A DNA stretch of 64,000 nt, from positions 81,684 through 145,683 of the forward strand of contig CAYSSX010000004.1 in the NCBI GenBank assembly GCA_964434115.1, in the 5' to 3' direction. Of this stretch, positions 47,698-57,862 are shown piece after piece. This DNA comes from an uncultured bacterium (GTDB lineage Bacteria > Omnitrophota > Omnitrophia > Omnitrophales > Aquincolibacteriaceae). How positions within the stretch are numbered: the first letter of the stretch is position 1; each line of letters opens with the position of its first letter. A program made the position numbers and the translations under genes. The notes under the pieces were generated by a model, which searched no databases, was not told the DNA's origin, and was given only the letters and a program-made list of their open reading frames with translations.

Positions 47698-48424
47698 TCG
47701 GCTTCTCAGGCTTTCTCGCGATCATCAGATACTGAGTGCCCACAGGCCAGGCACGAAGGGCATGCTCTCTTTCGCACAAGGGTTTCAAAAAGGTCGGAAA
47801 AAAAATTACATACCGGGTTTCAAGCACTTCCAGGCCGGCCTCCTTGAGAAGCACGCGCAGACGGCCGGGCTTCACCAGCGTCACCCCTTTGTCAATCGGG
47901 CAAATATGCACGAAAAAACGTGTGACCGGGTTATACGGATTGTGTTCAAAAACGCCCACAAATCCGCCGGGACGGATGACCCGGGCCATTTCACGAACCA
48001 CCTGGGGCCGGTCCGGAACTTCAACGTGATGGAGGGTGGAGGCTGTGAAAAGGCCGTCAAATTCGCCGTCTCGGAACGGCATTTCCCTGCCCTGCCCCAA
48101 AAGAAAGCGTCCGTTTCCCGCCTTGCGGGCTTCCTGAATGGACACCGGGCACATGTCCATTCCGGTTAAAGATTGAAGGCGGGGCCAGTCTTTCAGCACC
48201 TTTTCAAAAAGGCCTACTCCGCACCCAAAATCCAGGATTTTAAGCCTCGCGCCCGGGAGGTAATCGTCAAGCGCCTGGCGCAGGGTGTCCGCCTTCCGCC
48301 GGATCATGGTCTCGGAACTTTCTCCGACCATGGAATAATTGCGGTCGAGCATTTTTTCGTAAGAAGTCTGCTGCGCGATGGGAGACGCCTGATTGGGGGA
48401 ACTTGGAGAGTTTATCGATGGCAT
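47690..48424 (-). CDS. Class I SAM-dependent methyltransferase
   Basis: Motif I ILDFGCGVGLF; tandem with the previous MTase. Confidence 0.65.
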   Translation of the reverse strand: MPSINSPSSPNQASPIAQQTSYEKMLDRNYSMVGESSETMIRRKADTLRQALDDYLPGARLKILDFGCGVGLFEKVLKDWPRLQSLTGMDMCPVSIQEARKAGNGRFLLGQGREMPFRDGEFDGLFTASTLHHVEVPDRPQVVREMARVIRPGGFVGVFEHNPYNPVTRFFVHICPIDKGVTLVKPGRLRVLLKEAGLEVLETRYVIFFPTFLKPLCEREHALRAWPVGTQYLMIARKPEKPNE

Positions 48425-48498
48425 AGAAGTGACATAATATCAGTCAGTTCCGGCAGGCCGTCAAGGGGCTTCTTGCGCTGCCGGAAAGCCGGCCGGGT

Positions 48499-49302
48499 CT
48501 AACGGCGCCGGATTTCGCGGAGGAATGCACTAACGGCACGCCGGAGCCGGCTGGTTTTTTTTAAAGAAAACCGGTAGTCCACTTTGTGCTTTTCATAAAA
48601 GGCATTCAGCTCGGGGAAAATAATCCCCGTCCGGAGCTTCTGATGAAAATCAAACGTCTTTGTCATGCCGGCATTGGACTGATGGATCCTCAAACAGCCC
48701 AAGGCTTCAGGGATCGTGACCACAGGGCCAAAAGCAAAGGCTGCGCGGGTCAAAAATGCGTCAGAAGAGATGCGAAGGGCGGCAGGAAGCGGGAAAATCT
48801 TTTTCAAAAGCTCCCTTCGAAAGGACAAGCCCGTGGTCGTGACAAAAAAATCGACTCGGCCTGTCCTGCGCATTTCTTCAAAACAATCACCGGAGGGCAG
48901 ATGACGATAGGCTAAGTTTGACGCTTTTCGCGATTCATCAACGACTTCCAGAGGATGCTGAAGCACGGCGTAATTTCCGGAAAGAAACTCATGCCAGCGG
49001 ACCAGGGTCTCAACTTTATGCGGCTTCCACCAATCATCCGCGTCAATAAAGCAAATAACTTCTCCCCGGCATAAAGCAAAAGCCCGGTTAAAGGCCGCGG
49101 ACTGTCCGAGGTTTCCCTGAAACTCGAGCTTGAGGCGCGGGTCCGTAAAACCTTTAAGAACTTCGAGGGAAGAATCCGTGGATCCGTCGTCCACCACAAT
49201 AAGTTCAAGGTTGGAATAAGTCTGGGTCAAGACGCTTCCAATCGATTTTTTTAAATACGCCGAGTAATTGAAATTACTCATGATCACCGATACCAAGATC
49301 AT
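48499..49302 (-). CDS. GT2 family glycosyltransferase
   Basis: VSVIMSNFNYSAYLKKSIGSVLTQTY...LIVVDDGSTDSS and DADD motif. Start re-assigned to Met at 49302, abutting the upstream gene's stop. Confidence 0.75.
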   Translation of the reverse strand: MILVSVIMSNFNYSAYLKKSIGSVLTQTYSNLELIVVDDGSTDSSLEVLKGFTDPRLKLEFQGNLGQSAAFNRAFALCRGEVICFIDADDWWKPHKVETLVRWHEFLSGNYAVLQHPLEVVDESRKASNLAYRHLPSGDCFEEMRRTGRVDFFVTTTGLSFRRELLKKIFPLPAALRISSDAFLTRAAFAFGPVVTIPEALGCLRIHQSNAGMTKTFDFHQKLRTGIIFPELNAFYEKHKVDYRFSLKKTSRLRRAVSAFLREIRRR

Positions 49303-49303
49303 C

Positions 49304-50452
49304 TTATCTCCCTCCCTGGACAAAGGTTGCAGTGCGTCTTCCCAAATTGATAAAAAAGAATTCAAACCGGTAAATGTAACCGCAAATCCAATTGGTCGAA
49401 GGAACCACCAGCAACGTCAGAGAAACAAAGAAAGCAACCCCTGGAGCCGGCGGCAGGAATTCGTTTAAAACTGCGGTAAAAAAAGCAATCACCGGCAGAT
49501 GAAACAAATAAAGGGAATAAGAGCGCTCTCCCAAATGGATCCAAAGGTCATGCCGCCTTTCCCCGCCCCAGGATCTGTGGCGAAGGCAGATGTGAATAAC
49601 ACAAAACGCGGCGATCACGGAGAAAACATTCGAAGGGAACCATGCTGTCGGCAAGCTAAGCCGGGAAAGATAATAGACCGGCGGAAGCAAAAAACGGGGC
49701 AGGTTTTCAACCCAGCCGGGTCTGGGGTAATCATGAATCAAATAATGCCCGAGGAGAAAACCACCCCCGAACTCCCAAAGGCGTTCAAAGGGCGCCGCGT
49801 GAAGATGCAGCTTTTTTGAAAAAACGTAAAGACAGCCACAAAACAAAAGAACGGCTGTGGAGCCTTTGAGGATCCCTCCCCGGGAAAGCAAAAAAACAAA
49901 CACCGGGACAAAAAGATAAAACTGCGCTTCGATCGGAAGGGTCCAGAGAACATTAATAAAGTAAGCCTTGTCCAGAAACCAGTTAAACGACAGCGTCAGG
50001 TAAAGAAACCAAACGCCCGCGTCGGGCCTGCGCACAAAATGAGCATGGAGCCAGTCCTTCGCATCCGCAATTCCGGGGCCTCCAAATTTCAAATAAATCA
50101 GTCCTGTCACGAAGCCCGTAAGCATCGCGAGAAGATACACCGGGTAAATTCTAAAAAAACGGCGGATGAAAAAAACAACCGCATTGAATTTCGAGAGGTC
50201 TTTGTAGGCAACTCCGAAAGAAGCCCCGCTGATCACAAAAAAAGCGGTGACCGCGAAATCTCCGGGCAGGAAAAACTTCCGCCACAAAGTCCGGAACTCA
50301 GGCGTTTGGGTAAAGTCAAGAGCCGGGGGCACCGGAATGGCCAGGAGGCAGTGATATACGACAACGATCAAAGCCGCGATGCCTCTCGCCGCATCAAGGC
50401 TTTTGATGCGCGAGACTTTCGTGATCATGTTTTCGCCGCTATTACATGTCAT
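49304..50452 (-). CDS. Acyltransferase family 3 (membrane O-acyltransferase)
   Basis: LDAARGIAALIVVVYH N-terminal motif, ~10 TM helices. Start uncertain (50425-50548); the annotated ORF start overlaps the upstream gene. Confidence 0.55.
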   Translation of the reverse strand: MTCNSGENMITKVSRIKSLDAARGIAALIVVVYHCLLAIPVPPALDFTQTPEFRTLWRKFFLPGDFAVTAFFVISGASFGVAYKDLSKFNAVVFFIRRFFRIYPVYLLAMLTGFVTGLIYLKFGGPGIADAKDWLHAHFVRRPDAGVWFLYLTLSFNWFLDKAYFINVLWTLPIEAQFYLFVPVFVFLLSRGGILKGSTAVLLFCGCLYVFSKKLHLHAAPFERLWEFGGGFLLGHYLIHDYPRPGWVENLPRFLLPPVYYLSRLSLPTAWFPSNVFSVIAAFCVIHICLRHRSWGGERRHDLWIHLGERSYSLYLFHLPVIAFFTAVLNEFLPPAPGVAFFVSLTLLVVPSTNWICGYIYRFEFFFINLGRRTATFVQGGR

Positions 50453-52280
50453 AAACGCTTCTGACGGGACCCTTATAATCCGGGCGTTTTTCGGCAATTC
50501 TCTCCAGGATGTAAATACTTCCCTGCCCTTGGGGAATCCAGCGGTCATAATTCACTTTCGCCACCACCGTGTACCCCTCGGCGGAAGGATTATAGGAGAC
50601 CCGGTACTTGTCATCGATCACCCACCACCAATTCACATCCGGCCGCTTCTGATAGTCCTTACTGTAGGTGTACCAGCCGTTAAACTCGTACCCGCCATCG
50701 ATTTTCTCAGGCGGAATTTGACGCACTTCCATCATATAACGAAGCATCGTCCAGCGAACCCGGTTGCGCATCATGCAGTCGTGCGTTGCCGCCACTGAGA
50801 AATAGGCAAACAAAGCGGTCAGCACCGCAAAGACAGGAATCCTCTTACGGTACTCTGAAAAATCAGCCGGCCCGCTGAGGCCGACAATCCAGAAGGCAAG
50901 AAAGGGAATATAAAAAAGCTGGTACCTGTCAAAATGACCGGACAAACCGAAGGGAATAAAATGAATTGAAAAAATGGCAAGACAGAAAACACTCTGCCAA
51001 TGCTTCGCCGGAGAGATGCCTTTGAGAACATCGGTTACAAACCCTTTCACAAAAAGGGCGGCCTGGGCCATGAGCCAGCTGCTTCCCGCCACGCCTGCCG
51101 CCGTGACGCCTATCCAAAACGAAAGCGGCGCGTGTCCCGTAAACAGTTTATAGCCAAGCGTGTTGCCGTCCATCATTTCATAGCCAAGTCCCAGGTCGAA
51201 CAATTGGTCCATGCCCATGGGCATAACCAGCTTCATGCCCCAAAGAAAATTCCCAACCCCCGCGGCATAAATCGCGGCCGCCGCCGCTCCCGTGATCCGG
51301 TCGGATTTCGTGAGTCGTTTCCACTGGGCCGGGGCCGCAAGCAGGATCAGGGGAAGTAAAAAATTTCCCAAGTAAATCAGGACCACCATCAGACGGTAAA
51401 AAAAAGCCATGAAAAGCTTGTGTTTCAAGGCATCGTCAAATTCAAAGATTGCGCGGAAAACCATCTTTTTTTGAACATACATGACGGGAAGACCGACCGT
51501 GGCTTTAAGGCAGGTTTCATAAAGCATCAAAGTGACCACAAGCGCGCCGATAGCGCCCGCGCTGAAAAAGAGGGTTTTCCAGGAGATTCCCCGCCGGACC
51601 AGATAGGCGAAACTAAAAGCAATCGGAATGGCCAAGGCCAGCGGACGTATCAGGATCGTCGCGCAAGCCAGAAGCGTTCCGGCTGCAAAGTCGCGGAGTT
51701 TTTCATGATTGATCCACCGGATAAGAAAAAAGACAGAAATTACAGACATGGAGCAAAAGGGAACATCGGTCATGAAGGTATTGGAAAGAAGGACCAGAAA
51801 AGGGGTGGTGGCAAAGGCTGCAGCCCCTAAAAAAGAAAGGAGTCTTCCGGCTCCGGATTCACGGAAAAGGCCGTAAGCACCCAGGATCCCGAACCACCCC
51901 AGAACAATGACGGAAAAACGGAGGGCGGTCATAGAAAAACCGAACGGAATGGAAAAAAGCGCGCCCCACACCACCTGGGACAAAATCGTTACCGCCTGAA
52001 AATCATTCAAGACCAGCCGGTGATTGGTCACAAGTTCAAAGGCGGTACGGGCGTACATCCAGTCATCGGCAAAAGGAAACTCCCCGACCGGGTTCACGAG
52101 GGCCATCATACACACCCAAAGAAAAGTGAGGGCGGCCAAATATGGGTAAGAAGACCGGAGATTCAGTTCATAACTGAAAAGAGAGAGAGTCTTGCGTTCG
52201 GAATTAAATTGAATCATCAAGTGAATGCCTCTTTTTAAAAAAGCACAAGGATCCGACGGATATTCTAATGGATCTTTCAA
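50442..52280 (-). CDS. Large GT-C-like polytopic membrane protein with C-terminal soluble domain
   Basis: 612 aa, ~13 TM helices then ~150-aa hydrophilic C-terminus; architecture like ArnT/PMT-family glycosyltransferases. Confidence 0.45.
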   Translation of the reverse strand: MKDPLEYPSDPCAFLKRGIHLMIQFNSERKTLSLFSYELNLRSSYPYLAALTFLWVCMMALVNPVGEFPFADDWMYARTAFELVTNHRLVLNDFQAVTILSQVVWGALFSIPFGFSMTALRFSVIVLGWFGILGAYGLFRESGAGRLLSFLGAAAFATTPFLVLLSNTFMTDVPFCSMSVISVFFLIRWINHEKLRDFAAGTLLACATILIRPLALAIPIAFSFAYLVRRGISWKTLFFSAGAIGALVVTLMLYETCLKATVGLPVMYVQKKMVFRAIFEFDDALKHKLFMAFFYRLMVVLIYLGNFLLPLILLAAPAQWKRLTKSDRITGAAAAAIYAAGVGNFLWGMKLVMPMGMDQLFDLGLGYEMMDGNTLGYKLFTGHAPLSFWIGVTAAGVAGSSWLMAQAALFVKGFVTDVLKGISPAKHWQSVFCLAIFSIHFIPFGLSGHFDRYQLFYIPFLAFWIVGLSGPADFSEYRKRIPVFAVLTALFAYFSVAATHDCMMRNRVRWTMLRYMMEVRQIPPEKIDGGYEFNGWYTYSKDYQKRPDVNWWWVIDDKYRVSYNPSAEGYTVVAKVNYDRWIPQGQGSIYILERIAEKRPDYKGPVRSVYDM

Positions 52281-52311
52281 GCCCTGGGGAGTCTACTCAG
52301 GAAGCTGTCTC

Positions 52312-53589
52312 TTAATGATCGGCTAAAGCGGGTTTTTCGTTCAGTTCCCGGGAAAGAATCTCTTGGACGAGACTCCAAACCCGGTCAACCGGGGTTTCGT
52401 AAATGCAGGCGTAGCGATTGGAATTCGAGCATTGGTTCCGGGCATCCGCAGCGTCCAGCGGAATACAAGGCGCGCAGGCCATGTCCGGCTGGATGATCCG
52501 GGCGCCGGGAGACAAAGGCGACACGCGGCTGGGCGTGGTGGGCCCAAAAATCCCGATAACATTTTTGGTGTGGACAGCGCCTGACATGTGAAGAACTGCC
52601 GTGTCATTGGAAACCACCAGCAGACTGGTTTTCAGTAATGCCAGTAAACCCTGTAACGTCGTTTCTCCGCAAAGATTCACCACGCGGGCGTCTGAGGCTT
52701 CGCCGGTTCCGCCAATCATCCCCCGCTCATCCGCGGTTCCGGTCACAAAAACCCGGACTTCAAACCCGTCAAGAATCCTCGCAATCAGCTCCTGGTAACG
52801 GTCCGCAGGCCATTGCCGAAGGTTAATCCCCTGCTTTCCGCCAGGGTGAATAACCACATGCGGAAGCTTCGGATTGAGGGCCTTTGAGGACAAGACTTTT
52901 TCAAGTCCTGGGACATCCATCAGAAGGCGGCCGGAATAATCGTGAGACACGGAGCGAAGGGTTTCTTCCTTGATCCAGGGGAGTATCCTGAGATAACTCG
53001 CCCGCACATTTTCACAAGGCAAAATTTTCGGCTGCGACGACAAGTAACGCGCGTAAGGCGGTTCCACATACTCAGAACCCAGACGCCGTTTGACCCCGCC
53101 GTAATAAAAAAGCAGCGCCCCGAGGTTTGCATAAGTCGGCCCCGACCCAATGGAAACTGAAACATCGAGACGAAGCGTGAGCAATTTCAAAACCAGCCCA
53201 AGGTTTCTCACAAAAAGAAGCCCGCGGTAAAACCATAGGCTGCGGGTCTGGCGCACGGGCAGCATCCGTCCCCGCAGAGAAATCGTTCCGGACACCATTT
53301 TGTTCCATTCATGGGGCCGCCCCGCATTGGTAATGACCTGGATGGAGCTGTCCGGATATTTCTTTTTCAGTTCGGCCATCATGGGCAGTACAAACATATG
53401 ATCGCCGAACCCCGCGAACATAAAGACCCCGATGCGCGCCTGCTTTTTCCGCATGGGAAATCGGCGTAAAAAAAACGAGGCCGTCCCGGCGAGAATAAAA
53501 ACAGGCAGCGAGAAGAACCAGGCGAGACACTCCCCGGCCTCGATCAAGTCCCAGCGGGTAATACGGATGCGCAGATTCTTTTTGATCAT
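52312..53589 (-). CDS. GT9 family glycosyltransferase (LPS heptosyltransferase-like)
   Basis: LRQWPADRYQELIARIL (K/RxWPxxxxxxL GT9 signature) and a glycine-rich C-terminal nucleotide-sugar-binding region. Confidence 0.65.
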   Translation of the reverse strand: MIKKNLRIRITRWDLIEAGECLAWFFSLPVFILAGTASFFLRRFPMRKKQARIGVFMFAGFGDHMFVLPMMAELKKKYPDSSIQVITNAGRPHEWNKMVSGTISLRGRMLPVRQTRSLWFYRGLLFVRNLGLVLKLLTLRLDVSVSIGSGPTYANLGALLFYYGGVKRRLGSEYVEPPYARYLSSQPKILPCENVRASYLRILPWIKEETLRSVSHDYSGRLLMDVPGLEKVLSSKALNPKLPHVVIHPGGKQGINLRQWPADRYQELIARILDGFEVRVFVTGTADERGMIGGTGEASDARVVNLCGETTLQGLLALLKTSLLVVSNDTAVLHMSGAVHTKNVIGIFGPTTPSRVSPLSPGARIIQPDMACAPCIPLDAADARNQCSNSNRYACIYETPVDRVWSLVQEILSRELNEKPALADH

Positions 53590-53689
53590 ATTTTAGAAGA
53601 TGAGCTTAGGATTCTGACCGGCAGGAGGGGGTAAAACCTTACCGAAAATCAGTTCTCTTTCATGGATCGTTTTTGGAAAATCATCACTA

Positions 53690-54781
53690 ATGTATCAAAA
53701 TCCGGGAAAGGGCACACGGAAATATTTTTCTATTTCGTCTCCTTTTCCTGCCGGCATTAACCCTTCTCCAAGCCTGGCCGTTAATACGGTTATCATGTCT
53801 TCTCATCAGCATTCAAGACTTTCCATCAGCACTCTTTTTTTAATGGCTTTTGGGATCCCCCTGCTGGAGGCTTTCGCCCTCCAAAAATTGGCGGATCTTA
53901 ACTACTTCCTGTCCCCTGTGAAACTTTTCCCTGCCGCGGGCGCCTACGGACTGCTTATTCTTGCGCTCAAGGACCGTATTCAAATTTCATTCAGCCGGAC
54001 GAGGCTCGTGGTTCATCTTTTCTGTCTTTTCCTTTTTCTAGCGGGCAGCATCCATTCCTCAGGACTGCCTTTTTGGTACGGAGCAGCCAGCCAAGCCCCC
54101 CTGCTCCACTATGCGGCCATTTATATTCTTTGCACTGTGCTCATGGTCAGCGGCGCGTTTCTATGGATCAATCCCTTCCTCTACTACCGTGCAAGCCGTC
54201 CCGCATTCCTCTTCGCTTTTCTCGCGGGAACATCGCGCCTGGGCTATGACCTTCTGAATCCGGTTTTATGGAAATCACTGGCTCAGGTTTACATTCCCCT
54301 TCTTGTGGGATCTCTGAACGCACTGGGTTTTGAGGTGTCACGAGGGCTGTCATCCCGGGTCATCTCACACCCTTCACTCGTGGTGAGGATAGATCCCGGA
54401 TGCAGCGGCCTTGATGGAGTTTTCTTTTTCATCGGAGTTTTTTCGGCGCTCATGATTTTTGATTTTCAAAAATTCCTGCGGGAGGATTTTCTTAAAATTT
54501 TCGCCGTGGGGTCAGCGCTGATGCTGATCATGAACTACTTCCGTCTTGGGGCATTTCTCATTTATGGCTACTCCCTTGCCGGGGAACTTTCTCGGGAAAA
54601 AGGCGGCTCGGCCATGCTGCAGCTCTTTCATAGTAACGTAGGATGGCTTCTCTACAGCGCGGGTATTCTCGGGTGGACGTTTTGGGTGTATCGAAAGCTG
54701 GGAGGGAAAGCTGACGAAAACGCTTCAGCCGTCGTTCCGGCGGTTAAAAAACCGGCGGATAAAAAAAGCACCGCTGGTTAA
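53690..54781 (+). CDS. Exosortase/archaeosortase-family-like polytopic membrane protein (putative transpeptidase)
   Basis: 8+ TM helices; candidate active-site Cys in IDPGCSGLDG and downstream MNYFRLG (N-x-x-R), resembling the Cys/Arg/Asn signature of the exosortase family. Assignment from memory of the family consensus. Confidence 0.4.
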   Translation: MYQNPGKGTRKYFSISSPFPAGINPSPSLAVNTVIMSSHQHSRLSISTLFLMAFGIPLLEAFALQKLADLNYFLSPVKLFPAAGAYGLLILALKDRIQISFSRTRLVVHLFCLFLFLAGSIHSSGLPFWYGAASQAPLLHYAAIYILCTVLMVSGAFLWINPFLYYRASRPAFLFAFLAGTSRLGYDLLNPVLWKSLAQVYIPLLVGSLNALGFEVSRGLSSRVISHPSLVVRIDPGCSGLDGVFFFIGVFSALMIFDFQKFLREDFLKIFAVGSALMLIMNYFRLGAFLIYGYSLAGELSREKGGSAMLQLFHSNVGWLLYSAGILGWTFWVYRKLGGKADENASAVVPAVKKPADKKSTAG

Positions 54782-55055
54782 CCCCACAAGGAAGTAAGGG
54801 GCCCACCCTGCAGGGATTTCCGGCGCGCCCTCTTCAATGACCTCCACCGGCGCATACGCGGCATGTGCTACCACAAAAAGCATAACGCCCAGCATCAAAA
54901 GAGTTTTAAAGGTTACTTTCATGGAATGACCCTCTATTCAAAAAATAACAGGCCTTTGCGGCTTCTGCAAACCGTTTTCATTGTTTATTTCGCTTCAAAA
55001 GCCCCCTCTCCGGACGTCTGGGCCTTCCGAATCTGGGAGAGAAGACCGGGGCTTT

Positions 55056-56399
55056 TTAGGAAAGCCCGCTTTGGCGCTCCAGGGTATCCACCCCGTAATA
55101 GGTTTTTGAGACATTTGAATCTGTAACAACAAGAACATGGTCAGCATTTGCCGCGATGTCCCCTTCATTATTATTTAAAGTCACGCTCACAAGATCTGCT
55201 GAACAAGCGGTCAAACAAAATCCGCCCGCGTTGCTAAGATGGGTGTAAGAGAAACTGGCGTCGCCTGCCCCGGAAGAGAAAGATTGTGCAGGCAGATTAA
55301 ATGTAAAGCCTCCGGTAAAACCTACCGGGTTTGAAAGGGTTGCAATCTGAGAATTCCCTCCTCCCACGGTCCTGGCTCCAAAATCAATATCATAATCAAT
55401 CGAGTAGGATCCCTTGACAGTTCCATTCCCGTCAAAAAGATCGACTGAGGAATTATGGTAATGATACTGGCCTGTCTCTATCGTCCGCAATTCTTCAAGC
55501 TGCGTGACGCCTTCGCTCAGCGCATCAGAATCGGAAGCGTCTTGCGCCGCACTCTCGGTTTCACCGGCCAGGTCCTCACTGCTTTCGCTGAAGTCCAGCG
55601 TTTCTCCGGAGTTTTCTGCCGCATCCACCTGCTCCTGTCCTGATTGCTCCGAGGCGCTGTCAGAACCTTCCGCGGGTTCCTGACCCGAAACACCGGCTTC
55701 GGGAGTAAGACTGTCTGACATTTCCTGAATCTGATTTTCGGGAACTTCAAAGGGCTCCTGAGGCGGCACATTGGCGCCTTCAATCACCGTTCCAAAACCG
55801 GTCTTAGTGACATCCACGCTCTTCATCTCGCCATTCACTTCACTGCCGATCACCAAAGCGCCCTGCCGGTTTCCCGTATTATTCTGGGCGCCCGGCCCGG
55901 TCAAGACCACGAGCGACCGTTCACCGTTCACCTGCCCCATGGCCATGGTGCCGCGCACCCCCACATACCCGGCAGGCAGGTTCACCCTCATATTTTCCGG
56001 CTTCTTGTGCGCGATCTTTCCCGTGATAAACCGGAAAGTCCCGGCCGCGACTTTTGCCGTGACTTTTCCCGCGTCATTTGCGGGGTTATAAACAAACTCA
56101 TCAATCACAATCGTGCTGTTGGGGCCGATGGCAAAAGTCGTTTGATCCAAAAGAATGATCTGCACTGTTCCCTTCATGTCCGTCGTTATTTCATCGCCGA
56201 TAAACACCGGAGCTCCGCTTGAAGCCACACGCCCCGCCTGTCCCGGGCGGGCGATTTGAACACTGCCGCGCACAGCCGCGGCCACTCCGGCCCGCTGTTC
56301 AGAAACCGGTGCGGCGGGCACAGGCAAGGGAGCCTGCGCATAGCCTGCAAGCGGCAGGACGGCGGTCAGCACGGTCAAAAAAAGAAGAAAAGGGCGCAT
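55056..56399 (-). CDS. Secreted FecR-domain protein with acidic low-complexity linker
   Basis: Signal peptide MRPFLLFLTVLTAVLPLAGYAQA; FecR-like beta region (GDEITTD...TFRFITGK); ~90-aa Asp/Glu/Ser-rich linker; C-terminal domain. Confidence 0.5.
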   Translation of the reverse strand: MRPFLLFLTVLTAVLPLAGYAQAPLPVPAAPVSEQRAGVAAAVRGSVQIARPGQAGRVASSGAPVFIGDEITTDMKGTVQIILLDQTTFAIGPNSTIVIDEFVYNPANDAGKVTAKVAAGTFRFITGKIAHKKPENMRVNLPAGYVGVRGTMAMGQVNGERSLVVLTGPGAQNNTGNRQGALVIGSEVNGEMKSVDVTKTGFGTVIEGANVPPQEPFEVPENQIQEMSDSLTPEAGVSGQEPAEGSDSASEQSGQEQVDAAENSGETLDFSESSEDLAGETESAAQDASDSDALSEGVTQLEELRTIETGQYHYHNSSVDLFDGNGTVKGSYSIDYDIDFGARTVGGGNSQIATLSNPVGFTGGFTFNLPAQSFSSGAGDASFSYTHLSNAGGFCLTACSADLVSVTLNNNEGDIAANADHVLVVTDSNVSKTYYGVDTLERQSGLS

Positions 56400-56400
56400 G

Positions 56401-57819
56401 TCAAAACCCCCACTTTTTTGTAAGCATCACTTGGATTTTATTATTGTGATAGGTGTAATTCGTGTAATTGGAAAGCGCGCGGTAGTACTCGTAGGTAAAC
56501 GTTGCCGTCACATCCTTGATTGGGTCCGGCAAAAATTTCCGGGCGAAAAAAAACATCGTTCCCAAGGGAGTTCCATACGTGAGGCGGTAGCGCATCGTGC
56601 GGTCGTGGCGCTCCCGGCCCGCGAGGGCGACATCGGGCTCATCGTACTCATCGAAAGAAGCGGTAAGACTGTTGATGATAAACTGCCCTTTGGGCCAAAT
56701 CCACGTGTGGTCAACATCCAGGTTAATGCGGTCATAAGCATTAAAATCCGCTTTGGCCTCCTTGTGGACAAAACCCAGAGCCGTTCCGATCTGCATGGTC
56801 GGAATCAGGTTCACCACCGCCCCCTGTTTTAATTCATACTGCGTGCCGCTGCGCTGGTCCGCGACCGCGTTCTCGGAAATATTGAGGAAATCCTGGTAAG
56901 CAAGGGTATTACGGTTATAAACATTGAGCCTGCCCCGGAAAAAATCGCGGTCTACGTGAACGCTCCCGCCCTGGCTTCTCAAAAAACTTTCACTGGAAAG
57001 AAAAACATGGTCCGCTGAAAAAAGCGGCGTGACATTCGCCCACTTGCTTTTGTAGGTTCCTCCCAACGCGTACTGAAGGGATTGAAGATCCAGCGAGTTG
57101 ACCCGCGTCTGTTCCTGCTGAAAATAGGTGAAGGATCCGAGCAGCTCGTGCCCGGCCTGAAAACCCAGGTCATGGGAAACATCGATCGACGTGATATTTA
57201 AAAAACTGGTGTCCCGGTGCGCGCCGTCCCGCCGGGAGACTGGGAGAAGGACATTCCCAAAGAGGCGCTGTTTTGAAGAAGGGGCGGCATTGCGGTTGGT
57301 GTCATACCCCCACCCCACGCTCTCGCGCAGGTTTAAATGGGTGCGGCGTTTCCTTTTTTCGATCTGCTTTTGAAACCGTTTGAGTTCAGCGCGCATCGGC
57401 CCTGAAAGTTCACGTTTCGAAAGAATATCCAATTCCCGGCGAGCTTCCGTCAGATTGTCCAGACGCAGCAGAACCGCCGCGTAAAAAAGCCGGACCTGAT
57501 CCAGGGAGGCGTCGACCAAAAGGATTCTTTGAAGGGTGGCCGCGGCTCCGAGAACATCCCCTTGGGCAACCTGGGCCTTTGCAAACTGGACATTCAAAGC
57601 CACATCATCCGGATGATCCAAAACCGCTTCAAAGGACACCCTCTCAAGCTCAGGAAGGCTTCTCTGTCTCGCTTTTCCGGCAGCCCGGGAAGTCTCCTTT
57701 TCATAAGCGGCTCCCCGCCGCGCTTCGTTCAAGTCCCGCTCTGTTTCCTGGGCAAAGGCATGCCCCGTCAAAAAGCTTGTCAGGATCAGCCCTGCCGCGA
57801 ACACCACCATCTTATTCAT
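56401..57819 (-). CDS. Outer-membrane protein: N-terminal TPR repeats plus C-terminal beta-barrel (Slam/DUF560-like architecture)
   Basis: Signal peptide; TPR-like helical N-terminal half; alternating-hydrophobic C-terminal half ending in aromatic ...KKWGF typical of OMP barrels. Confidence 0.5.
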   Translation of the reverse strand: MNKMVVFAAGLILTSFLTGHAFAQETERDLNEARRGAAYEKETSRAAGKARQRSLPELERVSFEAVLDHPDDVALNVQFAKAQVAQGDVLGAAATLQRILLVDASLDQVRLFYAAVLLRLDNLTEARRELDILSKRELSGPMRAELKRFQKQIEKRKRRTHLNLRESVGWGYDTNRNAAPSSKQRLFGNVLLPVSRRDGAHRDTSFLNITSIDVSHDLGFQAGHELLGSFTYFQQEQTRVNSLDLQSLQYALGGTYKSKWANVTPLFSADHVFLSSESFLRSQGGSVHVDRDFFRGRLNVYNRNTLAYQDFLNISENAVADQRSGTQYELKQGAVVNLIPTMQIGTALGFVHKEAKADFNAYDRINLDVDHTWIWPKGQFIINSLTASFDEYDEPDVALAGRERHDRTMRYRLTYGTPLGTMFFFARKFLPDPIKDVTATFTYEYYRALSNYTNYTYHNNKIQVMLTKKWGF

Positions 57820-57862
57820 GCCGTCATCCTTCTATAAACTCGAAAAGCATTGGAGGAAATTT

